This document shows, piece by piece, positions 15,044-23,695 of a DNA stretch of 32,428 nt. Numbering within the stretch: position 1 is the stretch's first letter; each line of letters opens with the position of its first letter. A model generated the notes under the pieces. It saw only the letters and a program-made list of their open reading frames with translations, was not told the origin of the DNA and made no database searches. This DNA is from Candidatus Aenigmatarchaeota archaeon (GTDB lineage Archaea; Aenigmatarchaeota; Aenigmatarchaeia; GW2011-AR5; JAHLMP01): positions 1-32,428 of the forward strand of contig JAGGUE010000057.1 of assembly GCA_021158665.1 (NCBI GenBank), written 5' to 3'. The translations under genes were made by a program, and so were the position numbers.

Positions 15044-16276
15044 TCACGGTTGGTTCCATTCTATTTCATAATATTTATTTCTCGAGCCCGGCAGGTCTAT
15101 TCGCTTTGCAACATAGTATGTTACCGATGTTTCGCGGTCAGAAATTCCGATCATCAATCTCAGCCCGAGTTCGTCGGCCTTGCTCAATGCAGATGCCAGC
15201 TCCTTTCCACCGAGCTTTTCATCCTCTGTAAACGAGATTATGGCAAATTTCGGGTTGCTTTCGCCCGGCTTTTCAAGCCCGATTTTCTTTCTATGGTAAC
15301 CGATAAAATCTATGAGTTTTCCCTCTTTGATGTAATCGGACTCTTTCATGCCGGGGATTGCCATGATAAATGTCTTGCGGACGGAATGCGCAACTCGAAC
15401 AACCCGCGCCCACTCGCTCATAATCATGCTCACGTTTTTTGGAAAAACATGGATCACGTGCTTGGAGTGAATCCACTTCGACTTTTCACGATTTGGAGAG
15501 GCGCCCGGAAAATACAGCCTGAAATGGGTGCCGAACTTAAAACCCGTCTTTATGATATAACCCCTTGCCCTCCAGTCCTCATAAACATCGAACAATGCAT
15601 TAACATTTTTTTGATATTCTTTTATCAAGTCCATGAGCTCTTCAAAGCCCATGATTTTTTCATTCTTATTATTTTTAACGGCAAATCCGTTTTTTGCCAA
15701 TAAAAGCGTTTCCATGAAGTCGAATTTAAGGATATTGTCGCGGTGTTGTTGTTTGTATACGCCCAACTGGCCGAGCCAAAATCTTTCAAACAATTGTTTT
15801 GTTCTCTCATCGCATCTCGCTATCGAAACCATATCTTCTGGCAAATAGAGCAGCTCGGTATCCAATGGCGGCAACGCAAACTTCCCGGAAGGATATTTAA
15901 CAACCGGGCTCCTGCCGAAATTTTTAAGCTCCATTCTTTCTGGAAATTGCGGAATAAGTCCCCTGTCCCGCCAGTCGCGATATAAGTTGTATCTCGCAAA
16001 TATTCTCGACTCGCCTGAAAAAATATTTATTAAATCAGAAAAAACAATATTTTTGCCCTGTTGCGCGCACGGGCACTTTCTTATGTTGACGAGATACAGC
16101 GCCTCGATCGGGCTCAATTTTAGTTTTCCGTTTTCTCTTTCTCCATAAAATCCCTGCTCAAGAGCGCTTATGCTGTTTGAGTCGTTTGCCACGACAACGC
16201 CGTTCTCCAAAAACAAAGATGGCTTCGGTTTTCGAATAGCGGGCTGTTGTATTTGTTTCTCTTTTTTTCCTTTCAT
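15044..16276 (-). CDS. endA: tRNA-splicing endonuclease EndA, long multi-unit form
   Basis: 410 aa, versus roughly 180 aa for a single archaeal EndA unit. The catalytic unit is in the middle (GYIIKTGFKFGTHFRLY ... HSKHVIHV ... SVRKTFIMA), which supplies the Tyr/His/Lys triad. An N-terminal EndA-like unit and an extra C-terminal unit (FAIISFTEDE...LRLMIGISDRETSVTYYVAKRI) flank it. Confidence 0.8.
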   Translation of the reverse strand: MKGKKEKQIQQPAIRKPKPSLFLENGVVVANDSNSISALEQGFYGERENGKLKLSPIEALYLVNIRKCPCAQQGKNIVFSDLINIFSGESRIFARYNLYRDWRDRGLIPQFPERMELKNFGRSPVVKYPSGKFALPPLDTELLYLPEDMVSIARCDERTKQLFERFWLGQLGVYKQQHRDNILKFDFMETLLLAKNGFAVKNNKNEKIMGFEELMDLIKEYQKNVNALFDVYEDWRARGYIIKTGFKFGTHFRLYFPGASPNREKSKWIHSKHVIHVFPKNVSMIMSEWARVVRVAHSVRKTFIMAIPGMKESDYIKEGKLIDFIGYHRKKIGLEKPGESNPKFAIISFTEDEKLGGKELASALSKADELGLRLMIGISDRETSVTYYVAKRIDLPGSRNKYYEIEWNQP

Positions 16277-16369
16277 ATTATAAAAAGTCGTATGAAAAAT
16301 TTAAAAAAGATTACCGAGAGAAGTGAGCAAAGCGCCGGCATCGAATCTTGTTTGTCGGCAGTTTGACAA

Positions 16370-17062
16370 TTAGATGGCAACCAGTTCAGCCTTTCTAATT
16401 TCCAGCCATCCGGATTGCGTTTTAACATCCCAATGTTTAATGTTGTCTAAAATTTCAATCTTTTTTTTAAACATCGGGCAGTTAAGAACAAATGTTTCGA
16501 ATTCCCCGCCCTCGCCCAAAATGTTGATTCCATACTTTTTATTCAGCTCTATCAAATCGTTTACGCACTTATTATCCATTTTCCTGCCGAGCCACGCCTC
16601 ATCTAACGGCGGTGCTCCGACGGAAGTCATGATGATTTCAAATCCATCTTTTATCATATTTCTTAATATTTCAACCGGATCTTTGTGCCATAGCGGCGCC
16701 ATGTGCTTCAGTCCAAGGTCTTTGCATATTTTGTCTATTCTCGATTTTTGGTAATTGCTCATCGCCCCTCCGGACACGACGCCCTCTATGCCTTCTGCTT
16801 TCAATTCTTTCAGGACATTCTTTAGGTCATTAAGTTCAACTTCTTTCATTCCATTTGTTTTTCTGGTAACCAAGGGGATCTGCATCGCGTTTGCCTGTAA
16901 TTTTGTCAAACTGATATTGGAAGTGTGGAACATGTAACTTTCTGGATTTTCGCTGATTATCGTGACTAAAAAACTGATTTTATGTCGCATTGAAGACAAA
17001 TAAGTCGCAAATGCCGAATCCTTTGCACCAGAAAAGAGAGACGCGATATTCATCTTAAACAC
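16370..17062 (-). CDS. PP-loop ATP pyrophosphatase of the MJ0570/Dph6 (diphthine-ammonia ligase) family
   Basis: 230 aa. A PP-loop-like motif SLFSGAKDS (variant of SGGKDS), the motif EGGEFETFVL, and the overall pattern and length match the family. Confidence 0.75.
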   Translation of the reverse strand: MFKMNIASLFSGAKDSAFATYLSSMRHKISFLVTIISENPESYMFHTSNISLTKLQANAMQIPLVTRKTNGMKEVELNDLKNVLKELKAEGIEGVVSGGAMSNYQKSRIDKICKDLGLKHMAPLWHKDPVEILRNMIKDGFEIIMTSVGAPPLDEAWLGRKMDNKCVNDLIELNKKYGINILGEGGEFETFVLNCPMFKKKIEILDNIKHWDVKTQSGWLEIRKAELVAI

Positions 17063-17072
17063 CTCGAGGAGA

Positions 17073-17091
17073 CTCCCTGCGAAAGCGGGAG
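17073..17091. promoter_or_regulatory. tetraloop hairpin CTCCC-T-GC-GAAA-GC-GGGAG, 11-29 nt upstream of the Dph6-like gene
   Basis: Read directly from the sequence. It belongs to the same hairpin family as 35-56 and 20048-20067. Confidence 0.35.
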
Positions 17092-17179
17092 CAGTTTACA
17101 TAACAAAATAATAATCGGACAGGTCGCGCTAACAATTAAATAATCAAAAGAAAAATAAAAAAAATAAAAACATAGAAAT

Positions 17180-17824
17180 TTATTTAAGATACTTTGATTT
17201 CTGGAGATACTTTTTTGTAATCGTTTCCACGGGCCCTTTTAAACCAAGACCGATTGCTATTGCCACTCCCAGTCCAAGCGAACCTATTATCACAAGTAGA
17301 ATACTGTTCACCAGCGCAGCCGATATTCCCAACACGGGCAATGCCATCGCAACTGCTACATAGACGACGAAGAACATTGTTATTTTACCCACTATGCTGC
17401 CGTAAACCGTTCCCGTTTTCTTTATCTGGTCGTTTATGAATTCACCGAGTATGTAACCGACTATAATTATCAACGCCGCTCCCACAACATTTGGTATGAA
17501 ACCCACTATGGAGTTCATCCAGTTTGCTATCGTTGGAACACCGAGTATGTCTTCTGACAATGCCGCCGCAATAAATGCAAGATAAATCCACCATCTCGCT
17601 ATTATTGCAAATATGTTGCTTATGCTTATCACTTGTTTTTTACCTTCTGTGACATATTGGTCAATTTTTAATTTGACCAAAACCTCTTTTACGATTTTGC
17701 CAACCACTTTGCCCACTATAAGGCCTATCACCAGCAAAATTATCGCGCTCACTACGTTCGGTATATAGTTCACCACTGACATCCCAAAGTTCTCCAACAC
17801 GGTTGCTATAGGAAATGCTACCAT
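17180..17824 (-). CDS. membrane protein with conserved-TM-helix repeats
   Basis: 214 aa with two internal repeats (NYIPNVVSAIILLVIGLIVGKVVGK / GFIPNVVGAALIIIVGYILGEFI). These resemble the conserved TM helix repeat found in mechanosensitive-channel-associated proteins. Confidence 0.65.
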   Translation of the reverse strand: MVAFPIATVLENFGMSVVNYIPNVVSAIILLVIGLIVGKVVGKIVKEVLVKLKIDQYVTEGKKQVISISNIFAIIARWWIYLAFIAAALSEDILGVPTIANWMNSIVGFIPNVVGAALIIIVGYILGEFINDQIKKTGTVYGSIVGKITMFFVVYVAVAMALPVLGISAALVNSILLVIIGSLGLGVAIAIGLGLKGPVETITKKYLQKSKYLK

Positions 17825-18090
17825 CTTAACACCTGAAGTTACTATTACTTATATATGAAAGAACCATTTATAAAGTTTTTGTTGGCCGATTTTTCGTAAA
17901 TTAAGATTAAAAATCCGTTTTTCATCCTCGCCATCGCCTAACGGCGGATAAAAGGCTTCGCCACGCCTCCAAATCGCCTTCGGCAGCTTTATTCGGAGCC
18001 GACGCCTTTTAAGGCATACGTCGCGCAAACAATAGATTAACAGAATTGAACGGCTTTAACCTTTTTAATTTTTCAAAATAATTCAATTAT

Positions 18091-19860
18091 ATGATTTTTA
18101 ACCTGAAGGACGTAGACAGAAGCACGCCGTGTGTCGGCGTCAAGGCGCGATATCTCGGTCAGTTGACCAAATTCGGTTTTTCTGTGCCAACCGGTTTTGT
18201 CATCGCATCGAATATTTTTGAGGATTTTTTAAGCAACGTCAAAAATGAAAATCTAACGGATGATATAAATGAAACGTCTTCAAAAATTCAGAATTCAATT
18301 TTTAATTCAAAATTTTCTGAACAGACAAACAATGAAATAATAAAAAACTACAACTCGATGGAATCCATTTCGGAGATTCCGAGAGAGACGGCAAGATTTC
18401 TGATGGCCGGGAGTGATAAATCAAATGTTATCGTAAGGGTATCCACCGAAGCGGAAATCCCAACCGTTTTCGGGTCATTTAACATACGCGGAAACAGACA
18501 GTTAATGTTTGCGATAAAAAAAGCGATAGCAAGATTGTTTTCTTCGTATACGCTATTATATAAAAAGCATATGAAATTGCCAGATGATATTTTGTTCAAG
18601 CCGTCGATCATAGTCCAGAAGTTTATAAATGCCGAAAAGTTCGGCACGATATCCCCGTTTTCAGGTGACTGGCTCGTCGAATCCTCGTATCAGAACGAGA
18701 ACTGGTTTAACACGTTGGTGTTCGGGCACGACATACCGCATCAGTTGATAATAGACAAATATTCGAAAAACATAAAGAGCTCCGTCAATTCAAACATACT
18801 TGGAAAATACGAAATCGATAAAATTGTAAGTTCCGCCGAAAGAGTTGGAGAATATTTTAGCGAGAAACTTCTGATTGAATGGTGCATACTGAGAGACAGG
18901 CTGTACATACTCGGTGCAAAACCATTGAAACAACTCAAGAATAGTTTTGAGGGATATGTGAAAAAGCACGACGAAAAAGAGCCGGCAAAACGAAGCGTGC
19001 TACTGATAAAAAACGGCCAGGCGAATATTTTGCCGTTTCTTGACAAGATATCCGGAGTCGTTGCAAATAAGTGTTCGTACTCTTCAAGGATAGCGTTTCT
19101 CTGCAGGGAGACGGGCATGCCGTTTATTATTTCCAACGATGCGGTGCTGGATGAGAATCAATTCATATCCGTTGAGAACGGGAAGATATCTGTGGGAGAA
19201 TCTTTCGAGAGTATGCGGGACGAAAACATTAGAATCACTAAAATAAGTTCGGTTGTATATTCTGTAAACGAACTCGAAGAAGTAGACTCGGATGAAATAA
19301 TAATTTCAGAAAAAGATTTGATCGACAAAATACCCGAAACATTCCAAAAACCGGTATTTTATATAGCAAGAAACGAACACTTTGAAATCCCGGAAGGTTT
19401 AAATCAACGGCGAAAGATTTGCTTATTGTTCGAAGAAATTAACACAGAAAAAATAAAAACACTGAAACAGAACAGCACGAAAACCGGCATTATAATAAAA
19501 ACCCCTTATGATATGCTGAGAATTGAAGAATTTTATCCGAATGCCGATGTTATATTCTTTGATATCGCCAATATAGCGAGGTTGATGACAAATGCCGAGC
19601 ATGCGAGAATAGACAACACAATTTTAAGACAGGTTTATCGCACGATAAGAAAGTGCAAAAATTACGGTTTAAGAGTGTATTGCAGCAATTTTATTTCAAA
19701 GGGGATTCCCTTGGAAGATGTGGTAGAAAAACTTATACTCTCCGGGACAGACGGCCTGGTTGTCAAAAGCAGCATGACGCAAAATTTCAATAATCTCGTG
19801 CTAAGAATTGAGAAAAAAATTTTACTCGACCTCGCGCGAAAGAAATACAAGCCAAGTTGA
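18091..19860 (+). CDS. divergent PEP-utilising enzyme homologue (PEP synthase/PPDK-like)
   Basis: 589 aa. The N-terminal nucleotide-binding domain has VGVKARYLGQLTKFGFSVPTGFVI. The mobile-domain motif reads ISGVVANKCSYSSRIAFLCRETGMPFII, where TSH of the canonical GGxTSHAAIxARE is SSR. Confidence 0.6.
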   Translation: MIFNLKDVDRSTPCVGVKARYLGQLTKFGFSVPTGFVIASNIFEDFLSNVKNENLTDDINETSSKIQNSIFNSKFSEQTNNEIIKNYNSMESISEIPRETARFLMAGSDKSNVIVRVSTEAEIPTVFGSFNIRGNRQLMFAIKKAIARLFSSYTLLYKKHMKLPDDILFKPSIIVQKFINAEKFGTISPFSGDWLVESSYQNENWFNTLVFGHDIPHQLIIDKYSKNIKSSVNSNILGKYEIDKIVSSAERVGEYFSEKLLIEWCILRDRLYILGAKPLKQLKNSFEGYVKKHDEKEPAKRSVLLIKNGQANILPFLDKISGVVANKCSYSSRIAFLCRETGMPFIISNDAVLDENQFISVENGKISVGESFESMRDENIRITKISSVVYSVNELEEVDSDEIIISEKDLIDKIPETFQKPVFYIARNEHFEIPEGLNQRRKICLLFEEINTEKIKTLKQNSTKTGIIIKTPYDMLRIEEFYPNADVIFFDIANIARLMTNAEHARIDNTILRQVYRTIRKCKNYGLRVYCSNFISKGIPLEDVVEKLILSGTDGLVVKSSMTQNFNNLVLRIEKKILLDLARKKYKPS

Positions 19861-19863
19861 TCC

Positions 19864-19947
19864 GGGCCGGTAGTCGAACGGCAAGACGCTGCCTTCGCAT
19901 TTTTCCGAAACAGGCAGAGATTCCGAGTTCGATTCTCGGCCGGTCCA
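19864..19947 (+). tRNA. tRNA-Ala(CGC) with a canonical 12-nt intron at 37/38 (19900-19911)
   Basis: The acceptor GGGCCGG/CCGGTCC+A gives the G3:U70 Ala identity pair. Anticodon arm CTGCC TTCGCA[tttttccgaaac]A GGCAG, T-arm CCGAG TTCGATT CTCGG. Confidence 0.9.
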
Positions 19948-20047
19948 TTTTAACTTCGTCGCCGGGAAGTTTCCTTCCTAAAGAGCGAAGATGAGAGGCG
20001 ACTAACAGAAAAAGTATACCCACAAGTTCGGTCGTTGAAATGGAAAG

Positions 20048-20067
20048 CTCCCCGCGTTGGCCGGGAG
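20048..20067. promoter_or_regulatory. tetraloop hairpin CTCCC-C-GC-GTTG-GC-C-GGGAG, 34 nt upstream of NAD kinase
   Basis: Read directly from the sequence. It is the third member of the CTCCC/GGGAG hairpin family. Confidence 0.35.
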
Positions 20068-20100
20068 TTGTTCACTTAAAAGAACACCTGAGATGATGAT

Positions 20101-20868
20101 ATGAAAATCCTCATCGCTTCAAAACAAAACAAAAAATGCCTGAACTATGCAGACGGGCTTTCAAAGAAACTGAGAAAACATGAAATCGTGTTTGATATCC
20201 AGACGGGAAAAGCACTGAGCAAAACCTCGGAAGAAATAGAAAGGTTTGACGGCGATATTGCCATAACGATCGGGGGTGACGGAACATTTCTTAGAGTTGC
20301 GCATCAAACGCACGTGCCGATCCTGCCAATAAGGGCGGAAGGGGTCGGGTATTTATGTTCAACAAGCTTTGATGAATTTGTTAAAAAAAATATAAAAAAA
20401 TTTGACGATTACGAGATTACAAAAGTAAGCACGCTTTCTATAAAAAACGGCATCAAGGCGCCGAGAGCGATAAACGAAATCTTCATAGCAAACGACAGAA
20501 AAATCACGGACATAAGATTTACCATTGACGAAACAGAGTTTGGATTCATTGGCGATGGGATAATCTTTTCAACGCCGCTTGGCTCAACCGGTCATGCCAT
20601 GTCGCTCGGCGGGCCATTCATTGGCTGGGATGCGGATGTTATCTGCATCGTTCCCGTGGCGCCGTTCAACTCAAAAATAAGGCCGATGATAGTCCCGAGC
20701 GACAAAAAGATTGCCGTCAAGGTAAGTTCCGGGGTTGTTATTGTGGACGGTTTCTGGAAAAAGCCGTTTGCCGGCAGAAACTTCGTAATTGAGAAAGGAG
20801 AGCCGGTAAAAATTATAACACTTGAGGACGATTGCTACAAAAAATTCAGGGAAAAGTTTTTGGATTGA
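20101..20868 (+). CDS. nadK: NAD kinase
   Basis: 255 aa with the GGDGTFLR motif, the NEIFI motif and GDGIIFSTPLGSTGHAMSLGGP. Confidence 0.9.
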   Translation: MKILIASKQNKKCLNYADGLSKKLRKHEIVFDIQTGKALSKTSEEIERFDGDIAITIGGDGTFLRVAHQTHVPILPIRAEGVGYLCSTSFDEFVKKNIKKFDDYEITKVSTLSIKNGIKAPRAINEIFIANDRKITDIRFTIDETEFGFIGDGIIFSTPLGSTGHAMSLGGPFIGWDADVICIVPVAPFNSKIRPMIVPSDKKIAVKVSSGVVIVDGFWKKPFAGRNFVIEKGEPVKIITLEDDCYKKFREKFLD

Positions 20869-20957
20869 TGGGCGAGGGGAGATTTGAACTCCCGACCTCT
20901 CGGTATCTGATATTTAAATTATCAGCCGAGCGCTCCACCAGGCTAAGCTACCCGCCC
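20869..20957 (-). tRNA. tRNA-Ile(GAU) with a canonical 15-nt intron at 37/38 (20905-20919)
   Basis: Minus-strand reading: acceptor GGGCGGG/CTCGCCC+A, anticodon arm CTCGG CTGATA[atttaaatatcagat]A CCGAG, T-arm GGGAG TTCAAAT CTCCC. Its 3' end abuts the nadK stop. Confidence 0.9.
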
Positions 20958-21276
20958 TTTTTGAATATTAGCAGTTGGTCATGCGCGAACCGCCCCGGCT
21001 TTCGCAAAGAGCTCCGTGCCTTCGTCGTGCTTGGAACTCTGACAAAGGTCGTTCACCGCAGCCCACGGTCTTCGAGGCCGTGGCATCAAAGATATCCCAC
21101 CAAAAAAAGCCTCATTGCCAGAAACCTTCCGACTAAGCATAATAAGTTTACAAAAAAATATTTTAAATGTTTAACTCAATTCCTCTCCACCTTTCGGATG
21201 GCGTCTCATTGAGGTTGGTTAAGATGAAAGATTTTTAAATCTGTCAGTGCTAATAACTTATTTATAGAAATGCCCG

Positions 21277-22446
21277 GTGCTTCGTTGTATGGATGAGTTT
21301 TTTGGATGGTTAATAGTCGGATTGTGCATCATTGCAGCGGCATTGTTCTTTTTTGGTCAACCCCTTCAATTTCCAACCGACACTGGAAATGCGACAACCA
21401 CGACTACAACGATTCCGGCGATTCCCGAGCAGCATGTATTTTTCGTGGGGCCACGGGACATCACAATATGGAGAAGCGTTGAGGTAGGAGAATTGAATGT
21501 GAGTTATGCGTCTGATGAGGTAAAAGAGAGCGTGGCGGAGAAACACCTGTTCAACGGTCTCATGTTCGGCTCAAACAAACTTGAGATAAGTTCCGATGTT
21601 GACACAAAAAATCTCGTTGGGTGTTACATAAGCTTCGATGTTGAGAAGACAAACAATTACGGGGCGCTCGGCATAAAACTTAACGGAAACTTGATCAATG
21701 TCAGCAGGTTTTCAACGGGCAGACATAAGATGCTCGTGAACAAATCGCTTGTAAAAAGAAGCAACAAAATAGAGTTCATTCCGGCGTCGTCTTCGTGGAA
21801 GATATGGGCGCCGACGGTTTACGACCTGAAAGATGTCGAATTTGTTTGTCAGGGTCTTCATTCCAAATCAAGCAAGTTCTCCTTCACTATATACGAAAAC
21901 GAATTCAATAATTTGGCCGGAAACCAAGGAAGGCTCGTTCTTGACTTGACAGAGCATAAGGGAGAACTCAGAATAAATCTCAACGGGCATGAGATATTCC
22001 ACGGGCCGACAAAAGCTTATGACACCATTCATTTTGATCAGCGCTACCTGAAGACGGGAGACAACGCGATTGAATTCGTATCAGAAGTCGATTCTCTTTT
22101 CCAAGGTGACGCTAGGCTTATTTTCTATTACAACACGACGCGTGAAAATGTTGCGGAGAAGGCATTTTCGTTGAGCAACGATGAGTACGACGCTCTGGAA
22201 AATGAGCCGGCAAGCGTTACATTCAATATAACAAACATTTTGACAGGCGGCGGATTTTCTTTGACAATTCAAGATGCCGAAGGAGTTGTTCACCAACTGG
22301 TTTACGATGCAATAAGAGAAGGGAATCTCACATATTCATTTAACAACACGCACTGCACGCCCGGCTATAACATAGTAAGAATAAAGTCGGTTGATGATGG
22401 CGCATTTTACTTAAAGGATTTTGAAGTGAAGATAAAGAACGTTTGA
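21277..22446 (+). CDS. membrane-anchored extracellular protein, hypothetical
   Basis: 389 aa from the GTG at 21277; the ATG at 21290 (MDEFFGW) is more likely. It has an N-terminal TM anchor (LIVGLCIIAAALFFFG), a poly-Thr linker (NATTTTTTIP), a beta-rich body and many NxS/T sequons. Confidence 0.6.
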   Translation: MLRCMDEFFGWLIVGLCIIAAALFFFGQPLQFPTDTGNATTTTTTIPAIPEQHVFFVGPRDITIWRSVEVGELNVSYASDEVKESVAEKHLFNGLMFGSNKLEISSDVDTKNLVGCYISFDVEKTNNYGALGIKLNGNLINVSRFSTGRHKMLVNKSLVKRSNKIEFIPASSSWKIWAPTVYDLKDVEFVCQGLHSKSSKFSFTIYENEFNNLAGNQGRLVLDLTEHKGELRINLNGHEIFHGPTKAYDTIHFDQRYLKTGDNAIEFVSEVDSLFQGDARLIFYYNTTRENVAEKAFSLSNDEYDALENEPASVTFNITNILTGGGFSLTIQDAEGVVHQLVYDAIREGNLTYSFNNTHCTPGYNIVRIKSVDDGAFYLKDFEVKIKNV

Positions 22447-22515
22447 TTTCTCAACAAGATGTGGCGCCCCAAAAAATAAATCGGTAAACTCTCTATATAT
22501 TTGGAGCGATAATCG

Positions 22516-22533
22516 CCAGTTTCGCGAAACTGG
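22516..22533. repeat. perfect 18-nt palindrome CCAGTTTCGCGAAACTGG between convergent genes
   Basis: Read directly from the sequence. It is flanked by GCGAT-A-ATCGC (22506-22516) and the hairpin GTTGC-CAAA-GCGAC. Confidence 0.6.
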
Positions 22534-22583
22534 AATCAGAGCAGGGACGGTTGCCAAAGCGACAATTCTTTTGGAAAGGATTA

Positions 22584-23012
22584 TTACAATTTCTTATTGC
22601 TAAGTTCCAAGATTCTGTCCTCTGATTTTTTCGCCTCTTCGGTGTATTGCAATATATTCTGGCTTAATTGTTGATAAAGAGCCTTCAGCCCGTCCATCTT
22701 TTTATTCAAAAATTCTTTCGCCTCTTCAATATTTTTTTCTATCAATGCTCCGGCGCCAACATCTACTATCACTTTGTCCGGGGTTTTCATGCTCGTTAAA
22801 ACAAATACGCCGGAGCCTATGGACGCCCACATGTCTGCGCCCCGCTTCATATTCTTTACGCCATCTATCGTTTCAATGGTTTCTGAGACTTCATTCATTT
22901 TTGACTCGATAATTTTTTTCTGCACGACGAGTTCATTCAACTGGTTTTTCATCGCATTCAGTTTAACGTATTCTTTCTCCAGTTCTTTTTTTATTTCATC
23001 CATAAATCTCAC
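22584..23012 (-). CDS. pfdA: prefoldin alpha subunit
   Basis: 142 aa. Coiled-coil arms flank the beta-hairpin core (MWASIGSGVFVLTSM...VIVDVGAGALIEKNIEEAKEFL), the alpha-type pattern. Confidence 0.85.
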   Translation of the reverse strand: MRFMDEIKKELEKEYVKLNAMKNQLNELVVQKKIIESKMNEVSETIETIDGVKNMKRGADMWASIGSGVFVLTSMKTPDKVIVDVGAGALIEKNIEEAKEFLNKKMDGLKALYQQLSQNILQYTEEAKKSEDRILELSNKKL

Positions 23013-23023
23013 TAAATTTGAAG

Positions 23024-23695
23024 TTATTTAATCTTATTGCCAAAAAGCGTCTCCTCTATTCTCGCCACCTCCACGCCGGTTGCCCGATTTGAAACGAGCA
23101 ACCCGTATGAGTTTGCAATAAGACATGAGCCGACGAACATGGAACCGAAATTCGCAGTCCCTATGTCAACTTTCACTTTCAACGCCCTCTCAATCTCCTT
23201 TGCGTAGTTTTCTTTTATTTCCGGATAAACGAGGCATCCCCTATTCGTGGCGATTGCCAACGAGCCTATTACATTTAATTTTAAATTTGAAATCGCGCAA
23301 TCCAATCCAAAAAACCTTTCTATCCTATTTTTCTCTTTCTTTATAAGTTTTGAAATAATGCAACCGTAATCGTTCATTAAAACAAGATTTCCGATGGCCG
23401 TGTATCTCGTATCGAGCACGAGCACGTTCACTTTTTCCTTCAGTTTTTCTATTTCGTAATCGCTCAGCATGTCAGCAACTATAATCCCGTCGGAGTTTCC
23501 TGTTGAAAAGACCCCGGTCAAATCGGTGCCGAGCATCGATGATTTTATTATCGGCACTTTCAACGCTTCCTTAACCTTTTTCGGGTTTTTTGGGCTCGCC
23601 CCCACGACGCAATATCTATCCGTTGCGAAGCCGAACAATCCGAGATTCGCGTCGCCCATAAAGCTTGTTGTGATAGTTTTTGCCATACTACTCAA
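23024..23695 (-). CDS. eif6: translation initiation factor 6 (aIF6)
   Basis: 223 aa with the pentein repeat pattern (GDANLGLFGFATDRYCVVG ... IGSLAIATNRGCLV ... VGSCLIANSYGLLV). Confidence 0.9.
   Translation of the reverse strand: MSSMAKTITTSFMGDANLGLFGFATDRYCVVGASPKNPKKVKEALKVPIIKSSMLGTDLTGVFSTGNSDGIIVADMLSDYEIEKLKEKVNVLVLDTRYTAIGNLVLMNDYGCIISKLIKKEKNRIERFFGLDCAISNLKLNVIGSLAIATNRGCLVYPEIKENYAKEIERALKVKVDIGTANFGSMFVGSCLIANSYGLLVSNRATGVEVARIEETLFGNKIK

Noticed and set aside
7358-16754. Numerous 60-226-aa ORFs antisense to or out of frame with the long genes, for example 7358-7822, 8174-8560, 9481-10411, 11532-11846, 14235-14717, 15023-15703 and 16374-16754.
   Set aside because: These are shadow ORFs inside well-supported CDSs, with biased Arg/Ser/Leu/Pro or Phe-rich composition.
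20088-20099. CTGA followed by ATGATGA, which resemble box D and box C of C/D sRNAs, just upstream of nadK.
   Set aside because: No partner C or D box lies at the appropriate 50-60-nt spacing, and the ATGATGAT overlaps the nadK start region.
19787-21212. ORFs 19787-20023 (minus strand) and 20832-21212 (plus strand).
   Set aside because: Both run through tRNA genes (tRNA-Ala and tRNA-Ile) and GC-rich structured spacers, so they are almost certainly not coding.
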